Shown here one piece after another: positions 23,278 to 38,610 of a stretch of DNA of 64,000 bases. The stretch spans positions 9,796,001 to 9,860,000 of the forward strand of contig NC_086377.1 of NCBI RefSeq assembly GCF_036588685.1. The letters are read 5' to 3'. The stretch comes from Mytilus trossulus (taxonomy: Eukaryota). Numbering within the stretch: position 1 is the stretch's first letter; each line of letters opens with the position of its first letter. The notes under the pieces were generated by a model. The model had not been told where the DNA came from and did no database searches. It was given only the letters and a program-made list of their open reading frames with translations. Made by a program: the position numbers and the translations under genes.

Positions 23278-24579
23278 AGAGACAATTAGAAACTAAACAT
23301 TTGCTAGAAACAGAAATATTCCAGAAACTTCCTTTAAACGAAACAACCGTGACAAATATACACGTATACTGTTTTCTTTTTTAAAAGCTTTTTATCGTGA
23401 CTTATGCAAAGATTTCAATTACATCCAAATAATGTATTTTGGAAATTTTTGCTTAAAAGTGAATCTGTTTTTAAGAATGGACTTTGTTGCTACAATTCTG
23501 TTTTGACCACAAACGTGTTGCATCACACAGTTCTTTGGAATGGTCTTATACTACTAACTAAAAACTCTTGCACTCTGATAAATACAGTTATTACACAGCA
23601 CATTCTAATGCGTTATTATCCGTTGCTACAAAAAGAAATTCTTTTGAATCTGTTTCACTCTTCAAATAAGTTTCCAAATAATCTGAATGTAAACTTGTAT
23701 GCATGTGAAAATATTATTTTACATCGACTTAGTTGGAAATGATTAAAGATGCACAGGGGAATTGTAAGTTATAACTCAAAATATACAGAACTTGGATTTG
23801 ACATGTACAATTCTATCTCTTACGATGTATATCTTGTGCATATGCCGAGTATGTATTATGTAGATTCAAATTATTGTATATTTCAACCGTGAAAAAACTA
23901 TGTATTTTAGATAATGTGATTGTAGATATTCTTGTATTGGTAAACGAATTAAACTATAAACCTTGTTAATACCATATATGTATTTTTCTGTTTCGCAGAC
24001 ATCAAACACAGGCCTTGTAACCGCTTTATTATGTCTATAAATCCATCATTCCAGCATTTTGTTTGTTTTTTGTTCGGTAGTTAACATTCGACAAAGTTTT
24101 CGTGTTTCATTTTAATTACGATTTTATATCTTGTATGTATCATCATAATGCTGATTAGTTTCAAAGCAACGCCATTTATTGGAAAAGGCTCATTTTCAAA
24201 AATTTAAACAAAAAATAACAATTTCTGTGACTCCGAATATGCTTGATATGGTTATACATAGCAAGTAGTTGGAGTGTTGTTTATAACAATTTTCGTTCAA
24301 AACATGTTGAGGCACAAAGTCTAACTATATGGTGCGGGGCTTCCCAGTTTCTCGCAGATTATTTTGCGAGCCCTGCATGGGTACCCATTTATTTCAAAGT
24401 ACACTTCCGAAATTAAATATATCAAATACCGTTCTTGTTTTCCCTCTCAGAATTACACTGCGGTCGGAAATATTTAACTGCTGTTCGTATGTCTCTCCGT
24501 CAGAGCATAGGTCGGGTTCGTAATCTAATTTGGAGACAATTGATGAAATAGCTTTTAACAAACCGCCAGTTAACAATAT

Positions 24580-24890
24580 TAACAACAAAAGAGATATTTT
24601 AGCTTTCCTATTTGTGAACTTTCCATATCTATATAGCAACATGCCATAGCGCCTGTATACGGAGTATGTATCTCCCTATTGATACTAAATTCCCGGGTTT
24701 GTATTTTCTATTATGGTTTTCTAGATAGAGGGTTGCTGCTCACAAGGAAGCTATAAAACCAAAATTTCTAAATAGTTAAGTTGAAATCATCCCTTCGTTG
24801 ATTTTACGGACGCCTTTACGAGCATGGTGACCGTTTTGGAATAACCGTTTCACAGATTATATCAGATATGTTCCTTATGTCGTAACAACA
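24580..24890 (+). mobile_element. Penelope-like retroelement RT C-terminal fragment, degenerate
   Basis: Translates to KRD..VNFPYLYSNMP..YGVCIS..FLDRGLLLTRKL..LKSSLR*FYGR. Confidence 0.7.
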
Positions 24891-27342
24891 ATCCACTTCC
24901 CTTTTCACTACGAATGTGACCTACTGAATTAGATTATATAGCGAGTTTGATATAATTTTAGCAACACGTGACTACTAAGCAACTCTGGGAAATCTTCTGT
25001 ACAAGGGAGTTTTGCAATATATCGTTTGTCCTTCGTTTTTATACTGTGTCTCTAAACAGTTGTTTTTTTGTTTTTGCTAAACTTCACTGATTCATCAGAA
25101 ACATCTCTCATCTATTCGATTTTCTCAAAATGATCCAAACTGACTTCTTTTGTGTTATTTTGTGGCCCAGTTGTAGTCAGAACATATTAGAACGGAAATC
25201 TTTAATATATCAATGTCGCTCAGAGTATACACTTATCTAAAATAACAAAGAAGATGTTGTATGATTGCCAATGAGACAACTCTCAACAAGATGATACAGA
25301 AATTAACCGCTATAGTTCACCGTACGACCTTGACAGTGATCAAAGCCTGTAACTCATAGTAAGCCAGTAAAGGCCCCGAAATGACAAATGTAACACAATT
25401 CAAACAAGAAAACTTTCAGCCTTATTTAAATATAAAACATGAACGAAAAACAAATATGTAACACATCAACAAACGACAAACACTACATTACAGTTTACTG
25501 ACTGGGTACAGGCACATACATAGAGAGTGTGTCGGGGTTAAACATGTAAATGGCATCCCAACCCTCCCCTAACATGGGATAGAGGTTTCCCTAAGTTCAC
25601 TGATGTATGGCAGTTCAGTCACATTTTATGTCATGCGATTTTGTAACGGTGATGCGATAGTTAAAACACTTCCATCCAAGACTAAACTAAACCCTTGGCA
25701 TACGATATACATTGATACATATACTTCGATCATGTCTAACTGGACGTATACCTTTTTACCATGTTTTAAACATTTGTCTTTATTTAAACTTTTTAATATA
25801 TTTTTTTCCATTACAATATTTTGAACGTGTAAGTACTTTCTCCGATCATCGTTGACGTAATTACAACGCATACTATGACTTCTTCAATGAAATTAAGCAC
25901 AGCTGAATTACTTAGTTTCAACGTATGTCCTTTTCTGATTGATAGTGTGAAGAGATTGTTGTATTTACTTACAAGAGACAGTTAAATGCACCCACGGAAA
26001 TAATTTATTATCATAATTTAAACATAAAATTAAATGCGAAGTTTATGTAATTATTGAAGAACTTGATAGTAAGTTATAACTGTTTTCATGGTTTTAGAAA
26101 GAATTGCGTATGTTCGAAATCAACCTGCATCTTTATTTGACAATTGTTTGTAAGAGTTGAATTGTAGATCTGTTTATTCTAAAAAAAAATATCTTTGGTT
26201 TACATATGTTACATTTTGCTATTTAAATTGAAAAAGCATATCTAAAGAGTGCGGCGTTTTATTTCACCTTATTGTGAAAAGAAATTTATTAGGCAATTTA
26301 ATTCAAGAGTGTAGAACATCTTAATTTGATCCGCTTCATATGAGACAAGACAATATATTTGAAACATAGAAGATCATGTATAAGATTAGAACTAGTGTTT
26401 TAGAAGTCAGTTGCCTGGCTGTATATTGTACTGATCTCGGACACATTTTCTAATATATTGTCTTCCCAAGTTCAGTAAGTCTCTCTTCTCTGTAAGTCAA
26501 ATAGTTAATTTCTGTCAACCAGTATACTTATTGTATATCTATTTAAACTGAGAATCGTATTTCCTTACCATTTAAACCTTAGTGTTTTTGTAGTCAGAAA
26601 TCTTCGACAAGTGTAGAATCTGTTGTATATGTGATTGCCTTTAAAATCTAGAATACTCAGAAATAGTGTTTTCTATTATTTATCCGAGTTCTTGTTTTAT
26701 TACTCCAAAACCTATAATGACATATTCGAAAGATATTCATGCAGATATGACACATAACACTCAACAAAGAGGAACACACTGTTCAATATCTAACCAATCG
26801 TCGATTCTTACAGCAACTCTCCTCCCAATTCTTCAGTTAAACAATTTGCTGATATGGTTAGTTTTGCAAGTTTCTATTTTTTTAATGTTGTTACATTGAT
26901 AATTGTTGATGGTAGCCCTTTGCTTGTTTGGCTCATAAGTGTTTCTCGTTTATCGTTTTGATATAGACGTTTATTGTTTTGTTAGTTGCTTTTGCCATGT
27001 GATTATGGACTGTCCATGTTGATTTTCCTCTAAGTTCAGTATTTTTGTGATTTTGCTTTTTATAAAGTCATTTTTTTTTGTATGGGTTTGTTCTAGTTAT
27101 ATGAGGGCCCAATTTAAATAAATGATTTAGAAAAGAAGAAAAAACGGCAATAGCTAGAACAGGTTTAATTACCGTTTACCTCATTTCCTCAATCGTACGT
27201 CAGTCCGAATGCCATTATTCAAAGTTTCTTCACGTTACTTGAGATTATTGTTTTGTTTTTTAATAAGTATGCAAACAGATAATGTTCAGCCGTAGTGTGT
27301 GAGTAATCTCTTAGTTTTCAGTTTGTACTGTTTTGTATTTAC

Positions 27343-27675
27343 ACCAGGCGTTCGTTTCGTCTACAAAAGACTCATCAGTGACGCTCGAATCCAGAACAGT
27401 TGAAAAAGCCAAATATAGTACAAAATTTGAAGAACATTAAGGACCAAAATTCCTAAAAGTACAGCTTAGCTAATATATTCCTGAGGTAGAAAAGCCTTAG
27501 TATTTAAAAAAATCAAATGTGTTATAAACAGTTAATTTATAAATATGACTATACCAAGGATAATTCACGTCAGCACTTCTGTGCTGACTACTGGGCTGGT
27601 AATACCTTCGGGGAATAAAAATTCCACCAGCAGTGGTAGACCCAGTGGTTGTAAATAAAACATAGATACTAGGAA
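27343..27675 (+). mobile_element. Dispersed repeat, family C (CGTTTCGTCTACAAAAGACTCATCAGTGACGCTCG); also at ~35300-35460 and ~7970-8065(-)
   Basis: Multi-copy similarity within the window. Confidence 0.65.
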
Positions 27676-30600
27676 TAAGTTTTGTACAAGATGAAGGAAA
27701 AACAAACAATGTCAACAAGAGGGTGAATGTAAACGACAGATAATAAAAAAAGTGAACGACCTGAAAAATTGATGTTGTATCTACGTCTGAGACCAGTACG
27801 ACAGATTCTTAAATTTTAACATTTTGATATAGTGGTCGGTTTTTTTAATTTTGTTGTTTTGTTGTTATTCTTTTCTTTCTTTATATAATAAGGACACGCT
27901 GTGCATCTAAACAATATATAAGGTTTAACAAAAGTAAATCGGAAACGTCTGCTAGGCAAAACATGCATACGTTGACTGGCATACTGTTTTATTGTTTTAT
28001 CCCTTCCATTTTCATTATTTGCTATTCTGAATAAATAGTTGACGTAAACATGTGGGAAGATTTTCAGAAATTATTAGATGCCTTACTTTTGTGAGTATTC
28101 ATTTGAAATTAATCTATAGTGAAAAGTTGTAAAGCCTTATCAAATAAAGTACCTGTGTATCACTTTGTCTCTAAACAGTTAATTGTGGAAAATTGTCAAT
28201 GATTCAACTATCCATCACAGTTTTAATGAAACTCTTTTACAAACAAACCTATGGCCATAATAAATATTTAAACTCATTGGTCTTTGCTCTATATGTGTCT
28301 GTGCATTCCAAAATTTTGTTTACTATATTATCATATATAGGTAGGAAGAACGGGGCAATACAACTTCAACCAATGAACTTGATGTTTCATGACAACAATG
28401 GCTGCCTAATCTATATATGACGATACAGATTGTCTCTCAGATAACTCAGTCTATAGCGATTCTGTCAAGGAACATGGCGGATTATTCTTCAAGAAACACC
28501 GCGGATTAAAACAAACATAGTCTTTATACATTGTGTGTGTTAGATTCCTTTTGGGTATCATTATATAAAAGTAATACATTAAGTATTGATGTATTTAAAG
28601 GAACCATATTTAAGGTATGACATATTCCACTTAAAATGCAGTTATCACGGTTATCATACAATACTACATGTCAGAATCCTCAAAGCGAATACCGTAGGAA
28701 GTAATTATACAAGACTATATTGTATAACAGATTCCGATAAGTCATCAATGCATTTAGAAAACTTGCATGAATGATTCACCTATGGCATTGATGTATAAAG
28801 GCATAGTATAGTGCATAACATTACACAAATTAATGACAAATTCCAAAAAGGTATCATTATGTTAAGATAAATTCCCAAAAAGCATTATCATGTATAATTA
28901 TCATGTGTGACTGGTTTCGATAGCACATCCAATTGTACACGTATCATGTATAACAGATTTCTCTGAAGTCAAACTAATTAAATTACTTTCTCTTTGGAAT
29001 AGTTTACCGCTAGAGAAATCAGTGCAAAATAGAAATTTACGCCTTAATGTTGTTCATAATCAAGCAATACATATATTCCCTAAAATTGCCTTTGAGTTTT
29101 ATTTGAGAACGGGTTTTACTGAAACAACATCATCACATATCCATTTCTATTGTTGCCAGATTTGAGAAGAAACGTGTATCTGCGGGGTTAAGTTATACTG
29201 TCAGACAGCCTATTTGGATGTACAAGTTTATTAAATATAATAACATAAAAACAAAACACAAGAAACAGTGATTATGTCTAATGAAATTAAAGTTTGCGAT
29301 ATGCAACATATTTTCATGATTTCATACAAATATTTATACATAAGTATAGTGTTAATCAATAGATGGGCGTTTTTCAATAAAAACGTGAATTCTTGTCCCA
29401 GACAATTTGAAAAAAAATGTGTTTGATCTTTACAAGTATTTGTTTGTGCAGTTAGTATATTGAATAAGATTTCACAGTTAAGCAAGGAAGTATACCACTT
29501 TTAGAGATATTAATAAGATATTGATTCATGAAAGGTTCAAAATAACCTAAATGGCATGTCCCTAGAACCCCTGTTCAACATTCATACTCTAAAATATTGT
29601 ATAAAAAAGGTAAAAATAAATTATTTTTTTTGGGATATAATTTCTTTAATTATTCAAAAGTATGTTTATAGCCAACATTTATTAATAAAAAGCTTTTTAC
29701 AAAGGATGTTTAATTTTAAAAGGTGTGTCACTGACATTCCTGACAAAATGTTCACTACGAAACAAAGTGGTTAATTTTTCTAACAAACAGTTTTATTAAA
29801 TCAATGTTTGCAAGAGATATAAACATTAGGGTATTAATGCTTTTAAAACGGCAGTTAAATTGTTGGCCCTAAAAAATTGAGCACATCAGATGCACCGGAA
29901 TGATACCGTATTTTTGTTAATTTCCACTACGGGACGGGTGAAATCTCCTTCAGAATCTGGTTGTAAAATTATGAAAAAAATATCAGTGCACATCTAAAGA
30001 CGTGTTTTGATGAATAGAATCATTATTGTTTCGTTCTAGTATAGAAAGTGTTGGTGAAAGATAAAACATGCGAATATGACCACTACGAAACGGTCTACTC
30101 ACGAAACAAGTATTGGAGCAAATAAATTCGTAGTGGACACTACCACTTCTGTATACCTTGCAGTCGTTTTTTACTCTTTTTGCAATTATATTCGTAAAAA
30201 GCAAATAACACGTGTTAGTTTCATGTAATTTTCAGTATGTTTTATCAACATATGATAGTGTTGATGTCAATACGAAATTTTTGGTCCACTTCGAAACAGT
30301 TTTGTCAACAACGAAACTCATCAAAATGTCCACTACGTAACATGAGTTGTACCTTCATATGTGAAGTCCTGTCCAATATTTATCCATACAAAATTGTTCT
30401 CCAATTCAGAAAAAAAGGTGATCGTTCTAGTATATAAGGTAAAACAAACTGGAATGTATCTAAAATACATCAAAATGCAATAAGATGTGCGTTTAAAAGC
30501 AGTTTCATAGTGGACAAATGTTCCCTACGAAACAGTGCATAAATTATGAACAAATATCATTTTAAAGAGTATTTTAGATTACTAGTACTCTTTTTTATTT

Positions 30601-31334
30601 ATAAACAGGTCTATAATAGAGGTATTCAAAATAATTCTTCAAAAACAGTTTTTGACAAATTGATTTTCCAGTCTTTTGGGTCCGAAATTCACACTTTTAT
30701 TAAAAGACGCCCAGGTATGTCTAGGTTTATTTAGCAATTTAAAATTACTTGATTATAATTTATTACTGTACAAATAAAATATAAGAATTATCATCTGACT
30801 GAAAGAATACGTTTTAACGGTTTGATATTTTTGTGCTTATCCATTTACCTAATATTTTCTTTGTATGCATTGATGTTCATCATTTATATGTTGTCAATAT
30901 GATTTTCTCTAATAGAAAAATGTAAATAATTACGTATTTTAAATTCAAATTTGGTAAATTAACAATCAAATTTTTATTCCGTCGTGGATAATTCTTATTC
31001 ACGAAATACACAAAATTAAATATGAAATGAAAATTTCTGCATTTACAGTAAGATTATATTTTTTTATTTCAATTGTAATGTACATAACGATATTTGTATA
31101 ACACGCCTAAGTAAAACCTAAATGTCAGTAACATGAAAAAGTAATCAACCTAATCAGAAAGCTGTTCAACCACACCATAGTTTTGTATAAAAAAAATCAT
31201 AATTATTTTACCAGTTTTTATTTAAAAGACGCGTCATACATAAATAGCCGTAAATTGTGTATAGTGTAGAATATTGTTGTCATTGGTTATTTGCCATACA
31301 TATGTAAAGTACCTTATAATGAATCATTGACAAC

Positions 31335-32101
31335 ATGGCTCAGGCAGCTTCTTAAACGTGTGATATTTGTGTAAATGCTTTTAGATCTCATTACTGCCTA
31401 GAATGTGAACAGTACTTTTGTGAAAATTGTAAAGGCTTTCATAAACGGCAGAGAGGGACAAAGCACCACAAGTTTCAGTCTTCCTCTGATGTTATACCGG
31501 AAGGGAAATCAAAATGTAAAGACCACAATGAAGACGTAAGTTTTGTATGTAATACCTGTAACGTAGCGGTATGTAGCAGTTGTGTGACTGGCAGTCACTT
31601 AGGGCATGCCTTTTCTAAACTTCTCGGCAGCATATCACAGCTAAAGGAGACGAATACAACAGACCTGCGTAGTAAGGTACATGAAGCAACCCAAAACATG
31701 AAGCAGATAGCAGAAGTTCTGACGGCATTTGATGGGAAGGTGGAAGGAATAGTCAAAGCTATTACAGAAGAAGGTACAAAGATAAAGACCATGGTTGATA
31801 AATGTATCTTAGAGAAGTTTGCATCGGTCAAGGATCAATCCAGGAAGGAAAGGGACAAATTAACCAAGCTATTGGAAGATACTCAAAGGGATTTGAAGGC
31901 AGGACGCGAATTAGACAAGAAAATACATGAACTCAACAAGACACGAAACGATGGAAAATTGTTGCAGTCTTTACAGAAGCTTACAGACGACATCGGAAAG
32001 CTGACGGTAAAGCCTATACCTGAATTTCCGAACGTACAGTATACTGCTAAGTCCGCAACAGATACCGATGTTGAACAGCTGTTTGGTTAATACATAATCA
32101 G
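31335..32101 (+). pseudogene. Copy 2, exon 1 of TRIM-like paralogue with two nonsense codons
   Basis: Colinear with copy 1 exon 1 (767 nt, no frameshift) but TAA at codon 7 (31353-31355) and at 32088-32090; donor ATCAG|GTACTT. Confidence 0.88.
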
Positions 32102-33883
32102 GTACTTCTGCTAAAAATAACTGAGCATTTTGTTGTCGTAATACATGTTGTAATATAACCATAGTATCCTAAAGAGACACGTATTTTTCAAAATCACAAT
32201 TATGTTGTTTTTTTAAATATCAACTTATGTCGGGATATGATATCACAAACGAAGAAGAGATAATTCATGAAATACAAATATGTGGTCATTACTAATGTAT
32301 TGTTCAATATTATGGATTCAAAATGTGCTCCAGTAGATAAATACGGGGTCTATGGCATTTTACATTTTAATTTGTATTGAAACATTTACATTTACCAATC
32401 TCGACAATACGTAAACATATGTAGAAATGCAAACAAACTTGACCATACATAAACATATGTTAAAATACTTGCTTTCAAACTAGTACAGATGTATCTGTTT
32501 TTCTCGTTATTTAAATATTTTATTATAATTTCATTAATTTTGTGCAATATTATAATATGAATAAAGACAATAGAAGTATACCGCTTTACAATAGTCAGAA
32601 ATCGATAAAACAAATCAAAACAAAACTGAGGGAAACACACATTAACTAAAAGTGGAAAGCAACAGAACAACATTAACAGTATACTGCTACAAAAACAAAC
32701 GCCAACATACAAAGAAAATGACTATGTGTTTTAAAACAACTGTTATACTCCTGATACTTGACAGAACATTTTGAGAAAAAAGTGTAAAAATTTTTGTTTG
32801 TCTTTTATCAGTGAAATGCGTACACAACAAACCATGAACAGAGACAGTGAATTGCCTTCACCCAAGAGGTAGGGAAATATATTTGCATATAAAACAGTTT
32901 TTAAATTTACGTATTTGACAATGTAAACTTGTTATCAAATGTTTGAGTAAATTACACATTATCTTCTTGCATACCTCACCATTTGACGTTTTAAGGCTTC
33001 TGATTAAGTTTGTATTATATATTGTGTACACCCTTATATCGTTGAATCTTATTTTCGACAAATCAATTAGAAAGTCTCTCTGGTTTATGTCGCTCCTCTT
33101 TTTTCCAATAAGTACGTTGGCTCGAGCATGATTACATTTAAGTAAATAAATCTTCTTATGATATGCAAACGCAAACTAGTAGCTTCAATTATTTTTCAAT
33201 AGCGTTAAGTTTTTATTGCATTATCTCTCCTTAAAATGCACCTACTTGTCTAGTTGAAATAATTAAAACCTCTTTAAACTTATACGATTTAACCAAAATA
33301 TAAAAGTCATTCATCACAATTATCTGGACTATAGAGGCAATCAAAAGACGCCAAACTGTTTTACAACAACATAACAACAACATACTGTTTTGTTAAGTAT
33401 AGTTTGTCCTTTTGGTAAATAGCCTTTGTATGCAATATCTTTCCTCATATGGAAATGTCCTCTTTGTGATATTGTCACCTCTTTTTAACATGAAAAATAT
33501 GATTAATTCACAACGTTATTCGCAATCGACTGTCAATAAAAAGTTCAACCACTTCAGCATTCACATTTACAATCATCTGTTAATGAAGGTCACATGCACA
33601 TCAACACTGAACTATAGGTAACCTCTCCGAATTTGAGCAATATATCTTCCTGGAAAAAATGTATCTCAGTCTGGGTGTGAGCGGATTTGTTTTTCTTATA
33701 GATTATTATTTCAATTAATTCGAGATTCATTAACTTGGTATATGACTCTTCTATATATTTCGAAGGTTTTTTTTTATTTTTTCAATGTTTATGTGTGTAC
33801 CAGTTCGTAAAATCTCAGTGTTATTATCATCTTAAAAAAGAGTTGAATCTTAATCTAATTAATTATGTTGATCATTGCAGTAG

Positions 33884-33952
33884 TGATTACAAACAGGATG
33901 TGACACCACCAAAAGAGCAAGGGAGACACCTGTTGAAATGTGACGAGTGTGG
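33884..33952 (+). CDS. Copy 2, exon 2 (69 nt; NAGNAG acceptor allows a 33881 start): DYKQDVTPPKEQGRHLLKCDEC(G)
   Basis: cattgcagtag|TGATTAC...TGTGG|gtaagt; homologue of 4923-4988; expression uncertain because exon 1 is disrupted. Confidence 0.75.
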
Positions 33953-34772
33953 GTAAGTTTTCATGTTTCGATGGACAAGACAAACAATTGTATATTTACA
34001 TCATATGGCGTATCAAATATATGAAGACAAAACATGTTTATTCCTTAATTTCAATGAAGTGCAGAATATATTTTGTCTTCGAAAATGTAACTTCTGTCAT
34101 TTGTTTTAATATAAAGCAACATACACTGTAGATGTTTGCAATGCTTTAGCAATCTTTTAAACCCATTGATGAAAAAAACAGAAAGAGTGTTTAGGAGAAG
34201 AATTCTACCTCTCACTTTTTAAATACTTTGATATTGTAGCATATGGAAAGTTGAGATTTCACTAAACTTCTCTAACGCCACCGCATATTTGCGTGTTTCT
34301 AAATTCAGGAGGCTCTCGTCTTTGTTTGTCTTTTCAATATTAATTTCAGTTATTTAATGTGATTGGAGATAATTATGACGTTTATTTTCACAGAACTTGC
34401 AGGACTTTCTCGTTTTTTATTTTCACAGAACTTGCAGGACTTTCTCGTTTTTTATTTTCACAGAACTTTCTCGCTGTGTTACAGACCCATTATTGGCCGT
34501 CGACCTTTTGTTACTCTTAAGTCTGGTGTGGGTGTCATTGACACATTCATCATTTCCATTCTCAACTTTACATAGATGTCATTCTTAAAAAGAAACATGT
34601 ATGGTGCGAGAACGATTTAAAATCTGTCTAACAATACTATACTCATGTCCCGGTAAAATATTACAGCTTCATATTTTTGCATTGAACAGCAACATATCTA
34701 TCAGTATGTTAGTTTAGACAAATTCCACGTGATCAGGTGTAACTGACATTATTGATCTGTTTCATCTTTCAG

Positions 34773-34793
34773 AAAGGAAAAGAGATCTCATTT
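34773..34793 (+). CDS. Copy 2, micro-exon 3 (21 nt): KEKRSH
   Basis: tttcatctttcag|AAAGGAAAAGAGATCTCATTT|gtaagt. Confidence 0.75.
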
Positions 34794-36439
34794 GTAAGTA
34801 TTATCTACGTCTATTGTTAATGACAAATACCTAAAATAGTCATCTACTACAAACAAGGTTTACAAATACATATCGTGCATCTCAATCACGTGATCGTTCT
34901 GATACTGTACATTTAATAAAAGAACAATTTATTAAACACTGACAATAAGATACATATTGCAATATTAAAACAAGATCTTTATGATAACAGCTGGATATGA
35001 TTGAAGCTAACCATGTTTACGATTTTTAATTTATGAGGTGTTTTATGAGGTCTTTTGGTTTTAAACAATAAGATATTTTATTTTCACCAGGCAAGTTAGA
35101 AAATTTTACGATTTTCTTGATTGTGGATTATTGATGGCACAGAAGACATAGAATCCAAATATTGTTATGATACATAACCATGGATATGTGACATTTTTCA
35201 GTGCAACAATTCGTCTTATTTTACTCCCAAAAAAACTACATTCTAACGTGAGCAACACGACAAATGCTACATCTGAGTTGTCTATGCATTGTTTTAATAT
35301 CAAAGGTACCAGGATTATTATTAAGTACATCAGACGCGCGTTTCGTCTGCATAAGACTCATCAGTGACGCTCGTATCAAAATATTTATAAAGCCAAACAA
35401 TTACAAAGTTGAAGAGCACTGAGGAACTAAATTCCAAAAAGATGTGCCCAATACGACTAAGGAAATTAATTTAACAAATTTAATTTTTTGTTTTTAATTG
35501 CAAAGGAGTTGTATGCTTTTATTTTCTTTTGATGATTTTCGAATGTCCATCATATCTTGTTGTGAATATCCTTTAAGAAAATGAACAATTGATACCTATT
35601 ATACTGGAGTTGAACATAGTCCCCTTATAACATATTATGTTTGTATCGCTCACACATTATTGCTTATATAATGACATTGTGTGCGACTGTTATACAGATT
35701 ATAGGTTAGGTTAGTTGTACAACCAGGTTTAATCCTTTATTTTCGTAAAGGAAATCCTTGTACCTAGCAAGGAATATGACAAATAGGTTTATTTGACAGA
35801 TGCGTTAAAGCTTTTTATTTGCCATTTGATAAAGTACTTTTCATTTAAAATTGTCAGTTATCTGATATGTTTTTTTTACAGACATATAACCTTTTATAAA
35901 ATGCATGTATAAATCTAAATTGTGTGATAAAAAACTGTTTTTTTTTAATATACATTATGAAAGACCGTACAGCAACATATAATTAGCAATCGTATTACAT
36001 CTCCATTTGTATTACAAGTGATAAACATAAAACTACGTTAGATTATAGAAGTGACTTTTCTCTGTTCATGTCACAACAAGTATAAAACAGTTATCCATTG
36101 CAAGATTTACACCTCCTGCTATGTATGTCTGATCTATCTATAAAAATCTTAACCATAACTTTCATTTCATATTTATTTCAAAGCAATGATAAAACAAATT
36201 GAAATGATCTTTTAATTAACAATTACGTATACCGACAATGTCTTTTAATTCAATAAACCACATGTCAATGTGTGCTTATATTTTATATTTCACAGTGAAC
36301 TTGAAATTGAGGATATAACCAAAAAGACAAGTTCTGTTCGTTCTTTTGTACCTAATTTCCATCTAGTAACTGTCAAAAACAATTGCAATTATTATCCATT
36401 TATCATTTTTCGAAGCGAAACAAGTCAGCCATAATTAAT

Positions 36440-38610
36440 TCAGATTTTTGCTACAGTATTATGATTGCTATATGATTACCATAACCATCATAGAAACAAA
36501 ACACATACAGAAAAAGTTGATGCTATTTTGATTTGTATTGTCTCCAAATAAAGGCAACAGTAGTATACTGCTGTTCGAAATTTATAAATCGATAGAGAAA
36601 ATACAAATCCGGGTTACAAACTGAAGCTGAGTGAAACGTATCAAATATAGGAGAACTACGTTACAACAGAAATTCAACACCAAAATGTAACACATACAGA
36701 AACGAACTATAAAGTAACAATGGCCATTTTCTGACTTGGTACAAGGCATATAATGAAATAATAGTTGGTTAAACTGTTTTTGTTGCATGTCAAACCTCAC
36801 GCTTTAATGGTAATGTTAATAATAACATTAAAATGGCAACACTACACGACAGGGCTACAATTAAAAATCGAAGAAAGCATAGGACAGAGGAACAAACGAA
36901 TAATAGCCATCAAAAGTTACCAGGTTAAACATTTTATACGCCAGACGTGCGTTATGCCCTCACCATACTATGCTCAGATGAAAAACGTTTGAAAGCCAAA
37001 ACAAATACAAAGTACAAAAGAGATAAACGGCTTGAACAGTCATTTACATAATTTTGGGCAGATATTCATGTTTAACACTTGGTTTGTTATTTTTTATATG
37101 TAAGCATCGTTTAAATAGCAACAACATTCACACAGTTTCATCTAAGCAACACACAAGCAATTTAAAGCAATATGAAAAATTAGCAAATCGATAACTGATG
37201 TTTTGAGAAGATGTTTTATATGTTTTTGAAATTTTGAAGTTTTTCCTTATATTTCAAACTTTTTTTTTATATTTTTCAGTAAGTGTCAAGTAGCAAACAG
37301 ATAAGTATAGAAAACAATTATATATGCAATTTATAATATAACGATGGTTATGCAATGGCGTTAGCAGAGAAGTCATGTTAAATAATAAACATAACAGTAC
37401 CATTTTATGAAGATAAATACTTAAAAAGTGTTTTAAAATTTGTTAGTATATAACCATTATCTGTGTTTTGTTTTATTTTTAAACCCTTTTATAAAGATAA
37501 AAAGTAAAATGAAAGCATTTGTGTTCTTAAATAATAGCTCTCAGCTTTTCAAATATAAGAATAAATTGATTAGAGTCCTACCCTTTCGAATTTTACACTG
37601 AGTTCAGTATTTATGTGAATTTACTGTTTGTGAAGTGATAAGACATGATAAGATATTCGAGACTGAGTTTTTAAAGCTTGAGCCATGTGCTTTTTTTATA
37701 TGTACAGCCAGTTTTTGTATACATATGTTGAAAAGAATGTCGGCAGTTCTGTATGTTTTGCATTTCCATAATCATTCTGTCTTTCAAAAAAGGCAGAACA
37801 CTTTAAAAATTTCAAAACGCCCGACGCGCTTTTTTAGTTAAGGTAACGTAAACTTGGCGAAGCGGAACAAGTAAGACATAATTAGTTAAGATTTTTTTGC
37901 CACAGTTCTATGATTGCTATATGATTACCATATGCATTATTGAAACAAAACACATACAGAAAAAGTTGATGCTATTATGATTTGTATTGTCTCCACAGAA
38001 ACGAACTATAAAGTAACAATATCCATTTTACTGTCTTGTTACAAGGCATTTTATGAAATAATGGTGGGTTAAACCTGTTTTTGTGGAATATCAAACGTCC
38101 CGCTTTAATGGTAATGTTAACGATAACATTAAAATGACAACATTACACGACAGGGCTACAATAAATAAATCGAAGAAAGTATAGGACAGAGAAACAAACG
38201 AATAATAGCCATCAAAAGGTACAAGGTTAAAAAATGTATACGCCAGACGTACGTTACGTCCTCACAAAACTGTGTGCAGATGAAAAACAGTTAGAAAGCC
38301 AACACAAGTACAGAGTACAAAAGAGTAAGGCAGTTCGAACAGTAATTTTCCTTTTTTTGGGGAAGATATTCATTTTTACCACTTGTTTTTTTTTATATTT
38401 AAGCATCGTTTAAATAGCGTTTAAATAGCGACAGCATTCACACAGTTTCATCTAAGCAACAAACAAGCAATTTAAAGCAATATGAAAATTAGCAAATTGA
38501 TAAGATGTTTTATATGTATCTGAATTTTTTGAAGATTTTCCTTATACTTCAAACTTTTTTTTTATATTTTGTAGGTATAGGTGAGTGTTATGTACCACAC
38601 AGATAAGTCT
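36440..38610 (+). repeat. Tandem duplication (period ~1.3-1.45 kb) of a micro-exon cassette in copy 2
   Basis: ~36450-37280 matches ~37900-38575 (atgattgctatatgattacc... to the acceptor). Confidence 0.8.
38575..38580 (+). CDS. Copy 2, 6-nt micro-exon (GTATAG)
   Basis: tttttatattttgtag|GTATAG|gtgagtgttatgtaccacacagataagt; flanks homologous to 13536-13541. Confidence 0.65.
   Translation, partial: V

Noticed and set aside
23999-24020. Strong acceptor with short frame HQTQAL* as another last exon
   Set aside because: No homologue seen in copy 2; such acceptors arise by chance in AT-rich DNA
35081-35096. CAG|GCAAGT zero-length exon with GC donor
   Set aside because: Homologous site in copy 1 (~8186) reads CAGGAAACT, so the donor is not conserved
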